DNA of 60,471 nucleotides, the filler included. It is 7 parts of 7 records of this genome, joined end to end, with 100 filler letters (N's around TTAATTAATTAA, not from the genome) between each part and the next. Parts side by side here need not be neighbours in the genome. Positions count along the whole stretch, not along the records: positions 6,237 to 23,976 come from SRR31147125_8698; 6 more parts are not named here. One strand, 5' to 3'. Under the pieces are notes generated by a model, which made no database searches, was not told the DNA's origin, and saw nothing but the letters and a program-made list of their open reading frames with translations. A program made the position numbers and the translations under genes. Positions 10,225 through 19,600 of this stretch are shown in pieces (within the stretch, counting starts at the first letter, position 1; each line of letters starts with the position of its first letter).

Positions 10225-11625
10225 CTAGGTTGTCTCTTTTGATAATTTGCAATTTAAGAGTAAATTTTTGGGAAGTGCTTCTACACACTCTAAAACTTTC
10301 TGATACTCGGTCTTGAGGGCTTGCAAACTGATTTGAGAGTTTTCCAGTAATAATCCGATTCTAGCATCATGCTGGATTTCTGATTCATCATTGTTTAGGA
10401 AATATCCATTCAGGAGTGTTCTTACTTGCAAGTCACATTTGCTTTTAAATGAGTTTACCAGTTCATCACAATCTTTCTTGATACTTGTGATGCTCTGTGA
10501 CATGCCTTCATAATTTTTGCGAACGCTAAGGAATTCATGGTGGATAGCTTGAACATATTCATTCTTAAGTTGTGAGAGTAATTCGCAGACAGAGACGATT
10601 TTATCTAGTTTATATGCATTAGCTCCTGCAAAGGCATAACCTTCAGCAAGGTTGCCGACGCGAGCATTGTTCAGCGCAATTGAGATACAGTAGCCGGCAT
10701 TCTCGATATTACAAGTCTCAAGACACTTCCATGGACACTTAGCATACTTGAATGATTTGTCTTTTAGTCCTTTTATAAAGTCATTATTGATAGCTCTTCC
10801 TGGCATTCCGACAGGGCTCTGAATAATGACAAGATCTTCTTTGGATGAGTTGATATACTCCTCTTTAAATTTAATATCAGCATCACATTCATGAGTAGCA
10901 ACAAATCTTGTGCCTAACTGTACGCCACCAGCACCGAGTTTTATAAACTTATATATATCTTCGCCATTGTAGATACCTCCAGCAGCTATAACAGGTATCT
11001 TTCTCTGGAATTTTTCTTCATAAACCTCCAGAGTCCTGATTACTCTAGGAACAATTAATTCTAAACTATAATTGGGGTCATCTATCTCTTCTACTTTGAA
11101 CCCTAGGTGTCCTCCAGCTTTTGGACCTTCTACAACTACTGCATCAGGGATGTCGTTAAACCGTTTTTGCCAACTCTTGAAGATGAGCTTGGCTGCTCTC
11201 TCTGTCGAGACAATTGGCACAACCATGATGTTTGCTTCTCGTAGCTCGCTGACTGGTATGCCTTTAATTGGTAGGCCAGCTCCGAGGAAGATCAGATCTG
11301 GTTTTTCTTCTAGAATGACAGCCATCAGGGGTTGAAAATCATTAGCTGCGACCATGAGGTTTACACCTAAAAGTCCTGAAGAGATTTTTCTGGCTTGTCT
11401 AATTTCATTTCGAAGTGCCCGTACATTTGCTTCAATGCTATTTTGAAAGTAATCTGGCTCTATCATACCTATGGCATTTGCAGCAATTACTCCGATTCCG
11501 CCTTCTGTCGCAACTGACGAGGCAAGCCCTGACATAGAGATACCGACCCCCATACCTCCTTGAACAATTGGTAATGCGGCTGTTTTGTTTCCTATTATTA
11601 ATTCTGGCATACTGAAAAGATTCAT
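10225..11625 (-). CDS. Nitronate monooxygenase/FabK-superfamily FMN protein, FabX/UfaA-like subgroup, with C-terminal extension
   Basis: PIVQGGMGVGIS, VEGPKAGGHLG, IAAGGI, GVQLGTRF, SPVGMPGRA; Cys motif CPWKCLETC...YCI. Confidence 0.88.
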   Translation of the reverse strand: MNLFSMPELIIGNKTAALPIVQGGMGVGISMSGLASSVATEGGIGVIAANAIGMIEPDYFQNSIEANVRALRNEIRQARKISSGLLGVNLMVAANDFQPLMAVILEEKPDLIFLGAGLPIKGIPVSELREANIMVVPIVSTERAAKLIFKSWQKRFNDIPDAVVVEGPKAGGHLGFKVEEIDDPNYSLELIVPRVIRTLEVYEEKFQRKIPVIAAGGIYNGEDIYKFIKLGAGGVQLGTRFVATHECDADIKFKEEYINSSKEDLVIIQSPVGMPGRAINNDFIKGLKDKSFKYAKCPWKCLETCNIENAGYCISIALNNARVGNLAEGYAFAGANAYKLDKIVSVCELLSQLKNEYVQAIHHEFLSVRKNYEGMSQSITSIKKDCDELVNSFKSKCDLQVRTLLNGYFLNNDESEIQHDARIGLLLENSQISLQALKTEYQKVLECVEALPKNLLLNCKLSKETT

Positions 11626-11643
11626 CTAAATTACCTACCTTAT

Positions 11644-11674
11644 AAAAAATGGTATTCCCTAGAAGGAATACCAT
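11644..11674 (-). terminator. Intrinsic terminator in the leader (riboswitch expression platform)
   Basis: Minus strand ATGGTATTCC-TTCTAG-GGAATACCAT-TTTTT, just upstream of the RBS. Confidence 0.8.
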
Positions 11675-11749
11675 GTATAATACCAAAGCCCGTGTCAAGA
11701 CATCTTGAACGGTTTATTTCCTTCCTACGCGAGGAATACAAGCTCGTAA

Positions 11750-11900
11750 AACATATCGTCTTCTGGCTTCCGGAAAGCCTCTTGCTCGGCACTTCCCATC
11801 AAAATTATGACAGTGTACCAAGCGCCTTAACTCCGGTTACAGCGGCGCGTCCGCGATGGATTTTCACCATCTTCCGTTTTATGTTATACGTTAAATTACC
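11750..11900 (-). promoter_or_regulatory. Cobalamin riboswitch
   Basis: Minus strand AAAACGGAA GATGG-TGAAAAT-CCATC GCGG-ACGCG-CCGC TGTAA CCGGA...CACTG TCA-TAATTT-TGA TGGGAAG...TCCGG AAGCCAGAAGAC (B12 box). Confidence 0.9.
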
Positions 11901-12187
11901 AAAGAACGTTACTAAACACAGCAATAATGCTATATCTCTTATACTCAAATATCTATCAATTACAAGGACTATTATATTTTACTCATATACAATTGACTTT
12001 TTAACTTGTGAAGCACTATTATTAATCCCAATGATTTCATATATACCATTTTCATTACGATAGTCCACATTATTTATCAAGTGTTGCAAAGTAGAGATAT
12101 ACTGGCTTAAGCCTGAGTCTATGAACTAGCTGATTCAAATTAATCTGTTAGTTTAGTCACTTGATATGAGTGGCTTGACAATAATAA

Positions 12188-12667
12188 TTATTTCTCTGCT
12201 GAGGCCTCTACCTTCTTGCCTCTATAGGTATCCCACTGCATAATCTGACCATTTATATAGACCTGTTCTGGTAGTGGGAAATGGGTATGGATAAAGAGCC
12301 ACTTTCTTTCTGCTCCAGCGTGCTCAACCAGAGCATCAGCTACAGCATTGAGCATTGTATGCACCTCTTCATCACTGAAGAACCCCGGTACATAGAGGTC
12401 GACAAATACGGGGCTGCTATTTTCTTTTCCCTTATAGACTATATGATCAAAGGTCTGCCAGAAATAGGTAATCATAGATTCATCAATACCTGTTTCACGA
12501 CTGACATCTTTACTTACGGCAGCGAGTACTTGTGGAATGTCAAAATCAACAGGAGCAGCAGTAATCCTGACCATAGGGTCTGCCGGGTCAATACCATCGG
12601 TAGCAAATACAGAATTGCAGAAGCAAAGGAGAGCAGTAATGCATAAATAATACAGTTTCATTTTCAT
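12188..12667 (-). CDS. Secreted hypothetical protein, tautomerase/MIF-like
   Basis: Signal peptide (VFA-T); PMVRI followed by two beta-alpha-beta-like repeats. Confidence 0.55.
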   Translation of the reverse strand: MKMKLYYLCITALLCFCNSVFATDGIDPADPMVRITAAPVDFDIPQVLAAVSKDVSRETGIDESMITYFWQTFDHIVYKGKENSSPVFVDLYVPGFFSDEEVHTMLNAVADALVEHAGAERKWLFIHTHFPLPEQVYINGQIMQWDTYRGKKVEASAEK

Positions 12668-12761
12668 CAGTTAATTCCTTATAAAAAATCACCAAGAAAG
12701 TTATTTATATGTATTAACAAGTGGCTCGTTCAGACCATTGTCAATCCATCATATATATCGA

Positions 12762-13881
12762 TTATTTTCTAGCAGACTTTCTGCAGATAGCAACAGCAAT
12801 TCTTTCCAGTGCCAGTTTGGGGTCGCCTCCTGTATCATGTGTAGATTTTATAGCCTGTACAATCTCATCTAAAATATTAGAAAGTTCATCCATTGTAAAG
12901 TTTTTTGCAGCGGACAGCATACTCTCTGCTCTTCGTGGGTGCATTCCTAATTCTGTGATAATTTCTGCTGGTGAGAATTGCTGTGCGAGTAAGGCTCTTG
13001 CCTGAGTAATGCTTTCAATCAGCGAGGATACCAGTGCGATTGCCTGATGAGCCGAACTGTCTCCATCCTGCCTTTTGCCACTTTTGTCTTTGCTACCTTG
13101 CTCTGCTATCAGTCTGCAGAGATGGAGAGCCTGTCCGAGGTTTCGCCTTTCCAGTGCGTTGGTCAACTCAAAGATATTAAATTCTAGCGAACCTGAAAGA
13201 AAGACTTCTGCTGCGGCATTATCTATGATATGCTCATCGCCAACATATAGGGACAGCTTTTCCAGTTCACTCGCCAGTACCCCAAGATCACTGCCATGAG
13301 CTTTGTTAAGGGTTATTGCAGCATCGCTTGCCAGGCTTTTATTATATTTCTTTACAGTTGTTTTCATCCAGTTGATAATATCACGCTCTCTGTTAAGTAT
13401 AGGACAGGGGATTGTTTCACATTTAGCAAGAGCTTTTCCGATGATGCGTTGTCTGTTTATCTTCTCAACTTCTATTATCAGGTAATTATCAGACTTGGGC
13501 TCTTTGATATATTCTGCAAGTGAGTGCAATGGAGGTGTTTTTCTCGTATTGCCACTATCTTTACTGCCCGTATTTCCAAAGAGTGTGCGCTGTGCTGACT
13601 TGATGGTGATAATTTTCTGACTGGCAAAGAGGCTTGAGCTTGTAAGTTCGATTAGCAGATTGCTGAAATCAAATGCTCCTTCACCTTGTACTGTTGTATC
13701 CGAAAAATTGTACCTGCGCAATGTCAGGTATTCTTCCTACCAGTTCCTGTTGTAGTGTCTCTACCGCCTGCTGTCGGAGATATTCTTCTTCTCCTTCTAC
13801 AACAATAACACAGGGGGTGTTCTGCACAGCTTTCTGGAGCGCTTGCTGGTAGTCAGAAAAGTTATACCATTTTTTAGCCAT
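12762..13881 (-). CDS. holA: DNA polymerase III delta subunit, frameshift near 13703-13707
   Basis: VIVVEGEEEYL in the first ORF; SSLFASQKII, ELEKLSLY, FNIFELTNAL, KLALERI in the second. Confidence 0.85.
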
Positions 13882-14009
13882 TGTGAATTATTTCTAATGT
13901 TAGATGATTAATAATAAAACCTGTTATTTCATAATACAAGATTCGATAATATTCTGAGTGGTTAATAAGGGTAGCAAAATGCTTAATCTATCACTCTAAT
14001 ATAATAATA

Positions 14010-14040
14010 CACACGAAGCAGAGAAAATCCACTTCGTGTG
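14010..14040. terminator. Stem-loop downstream of flagellin
   Basis: CACACGAAG...CTTCGTGTG flanked by A/T tracts. Confidence 0.55.
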
Positions 14041-14066
14041 AAAAAAAACTTAATTATACCGAGTGA

Positions 14067-15596
14067 CTATGGAAGTAATGACAACCTCAATGCAGACATC
14101 TGATTTGTCTGTTCAATTCCGAAGAGACTTGTCTCCTGTAGTATTCGCTGGGTAGTCATTTCAGTAACACTCTGAGCAATATCTGTATCTGTTATTGCAC
14201 TATTGGCTGCAGTGATGTTCTCCATAGCTATTTCGAGGTTTTTAGCGGTTGCATCCAGAGCATTACTCTGGTAAGCCCCGATATCAGCCCTGTAGCCAGA
14301 TACATCCTCAATAGCCTGTCCTATTACCTGTTGAGCAATATCAGGATCGACTGCTAATGAAGCTTTTCCGCCACCAAAGAGATCCTGCAATGAATAGCTT
14401 TCACCATCTACAGTAATTCTTCCGAGATTTGACAGATTTGCATTTGGCAATGAGACATGATCTCTGTCAGAACCACCTGCGCCAGAACCTAGCTGAAGCT
14501 GTTCTGTTCCTTCTGGCTGTGATACTGTTGCTCTACGGGCGGTAGATGCATCGACAAGAGTATCTTCGCCATATCCACCTTGACTTACTCCGGTTGTGGA
14601 GCTATCAGAATCAGCCGGATTAAACTGTAGAGTCCCGCCGATATTCTGTGTGTCTACTGTCACACTCAAGCCATCGCCGGTGAATTCCTGACCGTCGACA
14701 CTTATAGTCAGATCCTGTCCTGCGTCACTTGCGCTACTGCCGGCAGTTGCAAAGCCATCTCCGGCAACCTGTTCAACAGTGACGCTCTGGCTGCTGCCAT
14801 AATCAGTAGAAGCAAGGCGTACTTCGGTATTGCCATCAATAGCAAAAGCCTCTACGCCTGTGTCCTCGGTTGAGGCATTAATCGATGCAACCATATCTTC
14901 AATACTTGTACCTGCAGCAAAAGCAAAGTTTTCAGAGCCATTGACACCGCTGACAGAAAAACTCTGATCTGCAGCTAGAGTTGTTGCTCCAGTTCCAAAA
15001 TTACTGGTAAGTGTGGCTTTTTCAGCTTGATCAGCAGTATCACCACTGAAACTCACGACAACATCATTCTGTCCTGTTGCCTGAGTATGCACATCAGCAT
15101 CACTCTGATTCAGGTTGATAATATTTGCAGGATCAGCTGCATCCATAGCAATGGAACCGGCAGAGAAAGATTTCGTGCCATTGAGTAGATTTTCACTGCC
15201 ATAATTGGTAGTGGTTGCAAGATGATTGACTGTACTGAGCAGGTTGTTCATCTGAGATTGATAAGCGCCTGTCTGTCCGCTGCCATTGATACCGGTATTA
15301 CCAGCACCGACTGCAAGAGTTTTCATCTGATTGAGAGCAGAGGAGATGCCACCAAGACCACCCTCAGCAATTGAGAACATGTTGTAGGCTTCCTGAGTAT
15401 TCTGGTAAGCTCTCGACATACCGCTCAACTGGCTGTACATCTGTGATGATATCACCAGATTTGCTGGGTTATCCTTTGCTGTGTTGAGTTTGACTCCAGT
15501 AGAGATGTTGCGCATTGCCTTACTGGCATTTTTCACTGACTTATTCAGGTTATTGATATACCCGCCAGCTGCGCCTGAGTTTACGTTACCTACCAT
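14067..15596 (-). CDS. Flagellin, divergent
   Basis: N-terminal ISTGVKLNTAKDNPANLVIS...SIAEGGL; C-terminal RADIGAYQSN...SAITDTDIA; RBS GGAGG before ATG 15596. Confidence 0.88.
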   Translation of the reverse strand: MVGNVNSGAAGGYINNLNKSVKNASKAMRNISTGVKLNTAKDNPANLVISSQMYSQLSGMSRAYQNTQEAYNMFSIAEGGLGGISSALNQMKTLAVGAGNTGINGSGQTGAYQSQMNNLLSTVNHLATTTNYGSENLLNGTKSFSAGSIAMDAADPANIINLNQSDADVHTQATGQNDVVVSFSGDTADQAEKATLTSNFGTGATTLAADQSFSVSGVNGSENFAFAAGTSIEDMVASINASTEDTGVEAFAIDGNTEVRLASTDYGSSQSVTVEQVAGDGFATAGSSASDAGQDLTISVDGQEFTGDGLSVTVDTQNIGGTLQFNPADSDSSTTGVSQGGYGEDTLVDASTARRATVSQPEGTEQLQLGSGAGGSDRDHVSLPNANLSNLGRITVDGESYSLQDLFGGGKASLAVDPDIAQQVIGQAIEDVSGYRADIGAYQSNALDATAKNLEIAMENITAANSAITDTDIAQSVTEMTTQRILQETSLFGIEQTNQMSALRLSLLP

Positions 15597-16148
15597 TGTG
15601 CTACCCTCCATAGTATGTCCAGAGCGCATCCATAGGCTCTGATCGACAAACAGAATAATATATTGTACTAACTGTTATTAATTATTGTAGTTATGCGAAA
15701 ATAATCCTGCATAAAAGTTATAATCCTTCAACTACATTTTAGCACAACTTTTTACACTTGTCAAATAAATCTTTAACTATTTGGATGATTTAAAAATTGA
15801 ATGGCAGCAATTTTATCCTGATATATTCTGCAATTCATTTAGTTATATATCATTTTATTAAGAATGTAAGCTGAAGAGTTGCTGTGTTTCTATGCTAATA
15901 ATAATTTCGGGTAAAATTGTATGAACTCAAGCTGATGTCAACTGCTGGGTAGGGAGTGGATTTCTTTGGGAAAAGATGGTTGTTTTTAAAGTTAATTGGC
16001 TTGACGGGAAAAATAATACGAGTTATCATTGATAGTATAGGAAAGGTATATTCAGTAGCCGTAATCTGCTGATATATTATGTCAGCCAGATTATACTGAC
16101 AGATTTTCGTATAGTAGCTGCTCGTCTCTCTTGACAGGAGGAAGACAG

Positions 16149-17321
16149 ATGTTTAAATCAAAATCTTATATATATTTACCAGCATTTCTTCTTACATTTT
16201 TTATATATTTTTCTGGTGGTGGCTCTGCAGTATTTGCTCAGGAGGACACTGTTGCTGTAATTGCAGAATTGACTAAAGCAGCTGAGGATGGGAATTCTCG
16301 CGCGCAGTTTCAGCTGGGTGTTATCTATAGTAATGGAATGGGAGTTGAAAAAAATTATGAAGAAGCTTTCAGATGGTATAAAAAAGCTGCTGAGAACAAT
16401 AATCATAATGCACTCTATAATCTTGGACATATGTATAGACTTGGGCTTGGGGTAGAGCAGAGTTATAAGGCTGCGGCAAAATGGTATAAAAAAGCATCTG
16501 TTTATGGTGATTCTGCAGCAGAGTTCAATCTCGGCATCATGTATGACAACGGTTATGGAGTGACTCAGGATGATGGCATGGCTTTTGACTGGTATTTACG
16601 TTCGGCTAAACATGGGTATCCTCCGGCTCAGTTTAAAATCGGAGTGCGGTACAGTAAGGGGAGGGGGATTGAAAGAGATTCTGAAAAAGCTGCAGAGTGG
16701 TATCTGAAATCTGCGGAGCAGGGGTATGTCGATGCGCAGTATAATATGGGGCATATCTGTAGAATTGGAGATGGTGTCGAGCAGGATTATTACAAGGCTG
16801 CAGAGTGGTATAAAAAGGCTGCTAAGCAGGGTGATTATTCTGCTATGCATAATCTGGGGATTATGTCGGAGAATGGCTTAGGTGTGGAAAAGGATATGAA
16901 TTCTGCAATAGAATGGTATAGTAAGGCTGCTGAGTTGGGGTATTATAATTCTCAGCTTGTACTGGCTACTCTCTACGCCAATGGCAAGAAAGTGCAGCAG
17001 GATAAAGCAAAAGCTGTTTATTGGCTCGATAAAGTTGCAAATCAGGGTGACAGCTCTGCGCAGGTATTTCTCGGTAAAATATACCTTACCGGAGATGGTG
17101 TTGCAAAAGATTACCTTAAAGCGAGTTACTGGTTTCAACAGGCTATAGCGAAGGGTAATAATGAAGCAATGTTTTTCATGGCGATCATGAGTATTGAAGG
17201 GCTTGGGGTTGAGGTGAATTATCTGACGGCACGGTATTGGCTTGAACAGGCTCTTGAGAAGGGAAACCCTAATGCTCAAGGGGTTCTGAATATGCTCTAT
17301 GAAGCGGGAAAGATTGAGTGA
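16149..17321 (+). CDS. Secreted Sel1-like repeat protein
   Basis: Signal peptide; about 9-10 repeats of the type AQFxLGxxYxxGxGVxxDxxxAxxWYxKAA. Confidence 0.93.
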   Translation: MFKSKSYIYLPAFLLTFFIYFSGGGSAVFAQEDTVAVIAELTKAAEDGNSRAQFQLGVIYSNGMGVEKNYEEAFRWYKKAAENNNHNALYNLGHMYRLGLGVEQSYKAAAKWYKKASVYGDSAAEFNLGIMYDNGYGVTQDDGMAFDWYLRSAKHGYPPAQFKIGVRYSKGRGIERDSEKAAEWYLKSAEQGYVDAQYNMGHICRIGDGVEQDYYKAAEWYKKAAKQGDYSAMHNLGIMSENGLGVEKDMNSAIEWYSKAAELGYYNSQLVLATLYANGKKVQQDKAKAVYWLDKVANQGDSSAQVFLGKIYLTGDGVAKDYLKASYWFQQAIAKGNNEAMFFMAIMSIEGLGVEVNYLTARYWLEQALEKGNPNAQGVLNMLYEAGKIE

Positions 17322-17446
17322 TTCGTAGAGATTTCTTTTATCATGTTTTGTAGGAGTTAACGTTATAAATTGTTCGGCATATTTTTTAATGTTAATGAGA
17401 ATATGTTTGACTTGGCTGGCTTGGTGTTTAAATATCTGGAGATATC

Positions 17447-19321
17447 ATGAATATTAAATTTAAAATCATGTTATTACCACTGATTGCAATTATTTGTACT
17501 GTATTGCTTGTTGTGACTGTTAATGTGATTCATTATAAAGTGTTTGAAGATATTGCTTTTCCAAAGGTTAAAGAGGTTATCATTGATAGAGAAAAAAATA
17601 TGCTGAAAACGCTGGTTGAAGTTGAGGCTATTGCTTTGTCTGAGGCGATCAAAGGAATTGATGATGCTGAAAAAATTGATCAGGCTCTGATTGAGCAGAC
17701 TGATGTCATGATTTTCTTTGAAAATAAATCAGGGTATTTTTTTATCTATGATTTTGCTGGAAACAGAATAAACTCTCCCGGGACAAAGGGGGAGGCTAAG
17801 ACTAGTGGTAATTACAATGACTTGCAGGATAAGAATGGTAATTATCTTATTAGGAATTTAGCGCAAAAAGCAAAAGATGGAGGAGGTTTTTCGGAGTATT
17901 GGTTTCCTAAAAAAGGAGAGACTGAGCCTTTAAGAAAAGTTGCTTATTCTAAACAGATTTCTGGAACTGATTACTATGTCGGTGCGGGTATCTATATGGA
18001 GTATGTTGATGAATACGTAGCTGGAATAAATAATGATATCACTAATGAAATATCAGGTTATGACATTTATATCTATATAGGTTATGTTGTATATTTCTTG
18101 CTCCTGGGATCCTTTACTTTCTTTATTATTAAAAGCATCATAACTGGTATTAGTGGGATTCGTAATGTAGTACTTAAAATTGCTAATGAAGGAGATGTAA
18201 GCTTTAGTATCGATAACGAGTTGCTTGAACGAAAAGATGAAATAGGTGATTTGGCTAATGCTAGCCAAAGACTTATTACTGACTTTACAGGTATTGGTGA
18301 ATTGGCCAGTAAGCTTGCGAAAAGAGACTGGAGCAATGAGGTGTCGGTTAAGTCTGAGAAAGATATTATGGGTAATTCTCTCTCTGCTATGATAGATGAA
18401 GTCAACCTTGCATTTTCCAGGTTCTCTAAGATTATTGTGGATGTGGATTCGGGAGCGCATCAGATAAGTGCTGCCAGTCAGGCGTTATCGCAGGGAGCAA
18501 CTGAACAGTCTGCATCGCTGGAGGAAATTACCAGTTCTATGGTTGAGATGGGTGCGCAGACAGGTAAGAATGCAGCCAACGCTCAGGAGGCAAACCAGCT
18601 TGCAAATGAAGCGAATCGTGCTGCTATTACTGGACAGAATAGAATGCAGGATCTGGCAGAGGGAATCAGTGAGATTACCAGACGTGCAGAAGATACTCAG
18701 AAGGTTGTTAAGACAATTGATGATATTGCCTTCCAGACAAACTTGCTTGCACTCAATGCAGCGGTGGAGGCTGCCAGAGCCGGGGTTCATGGTAAAGGTT
18801 TTGCCGTGGTCGCAGAGGAAGTGCGGAACCTTGCTGCACGCTCGGCAAAGGCTGCTGGAGAAACAGCGGAACTGATTGATAATGTAGTAAAAGAGGTCGG
18901 AAACGGGAATACTATGGCTGTTGCTACAGCTGAAGCGCTCAATGGTATTGCTGAGAAGATTGAGAAATCTGCAGCGTTAGTTGCTGATATTGCTACAGCT
19001 TCTTCAGATCAGGCTCAAGGGGTTGCTCAGATTAATATTGGTCTGGAACAGATTGACAGGGTTACTCAGCAGAATACAGCAAGCGCTGAAGAGACTGCTT
19101 CAGCAACTATCGAGATGAGTTCACTCGCAGAAGAATTGCAGAAGGATATATCAAAATTCAATCTCAAAGAAAATGTCGGGCAGAGAGTGAGGGCTAAGAA
19201 GAGAGTTGCTTCTCCCAGAGATGCAGCTGTAAATCAATTGCCGATGAAGCATACGGCTGCAGCGGTTACTCCTGAAGAAGAGATAAAACCAGGTGATAAT
19301 GAATTTGGGGATTTTAAGTAG
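17447..19321 (+). CDS. Methyl-accepting chemotaxis protein (Cache sensor, HAMP, signalling domain)
   Basis: TM-GYFFIYD...DLQDKNG...YWFPK-TM; RKDEIGDLA; IAFQTNLLALNAAVEAARAG. Confidence 0.95.
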   Translation: MNIKFKIMLLPLIAIICTVLLVVTVNVIHYKVFEDIAFPKVKEVIIDREKNMLKTLVEVEAIALSEAIKGIDDAEKIDQALIEQTDVMIFFENKSGYFFIYDFAGNRINSPGTKGEAKTSGNYNDLQDKNGNYLIRNLAQKAKDGGGFSEYWFPKKGETEPLRKVAYSKQISGTDYYVGAGIYMEYVDEYVAGINNDITNEISGYDIYIYIGYVVYFLLLGSFTFFIIKSIITGISGIRNVVLKIANEGDVSFSIDNELLERKDEIGDLANASQRLITDFTGIGELASKLAKRDWSNEVSVKSEKDIMGNSLSAMIDEVNLAFSRFSKIIVDVDSGAHQISAASQALSQGATEQSASLEEITSSMVEMGAQTGKNAANAQEANQLANEANRAAITGQNRMQDLAEGISEITRRAEDTQKVVKTIDDIAFQTNLLALNAAVEAARAGVHGKGFAVVAEEVRNLAARSAKAAGETAELIDNVVKEVGNGNTMAVATAEALNGIAEKIEKSAALVADIATASSDQAQGVAQINIGLEQIDRVTQQNTASAEETASATIEMSSLAEELQKDISKFNLKENVGQRVRAKKRVASPRDAAVNQLPMKHTAAAVTPEEEIKPGDNEFGDFK

Positions 19322-19352
19322 TTTCTTGCAGGGCATTAATTGGTGTCAGTAC

Positions 19353-19382
19353 AGAGGATGATGAGATGGCTCATCATCCTCT
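19353..19382 (+). terminator. 13-bp stem-loop after MCP1
   Basis: AGAGGATGATGAG-ATGG-CTCATCATCCTCT. Confidence 0.65.
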
Positions 19383-19600
19383 ATGGTATTTCTGTGGCAG
19401 TGAGTGTGGATTAAAAGTACGAGATTGCTATAGAGTAATTGTTTCAATTCCTCGCATGTTGGGCTTTAGTAAGAATTATTTTATAAATATTAAAGTATTT
19501 TGTTTCAAATAGATACGAAAAAGATAAAATTAAACAAATGTGTAATGTTTTTAGTGTGTATTGTATGTATTAGCTATATGTTTTTGTTTTTGGAGATATT

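Noticed and set aside
11692-12063. 123-aa plus-strand ORF
   Set aside because: Antisense to the cobalamin riboswitch; no RBS or recognisable protein features
12762-13881. holA (and likewise trmD) as pseudogenes
   Set aside because: Normally essential, a single indel each, no other sign of decay
16149-17321. Periodic DNA similarity suggesting a repeat array or CRISPR
   Set aside because: Explained by 36-aa Sel1 protein repeats; no identical repeats with unique spacers and no cas genes in the window
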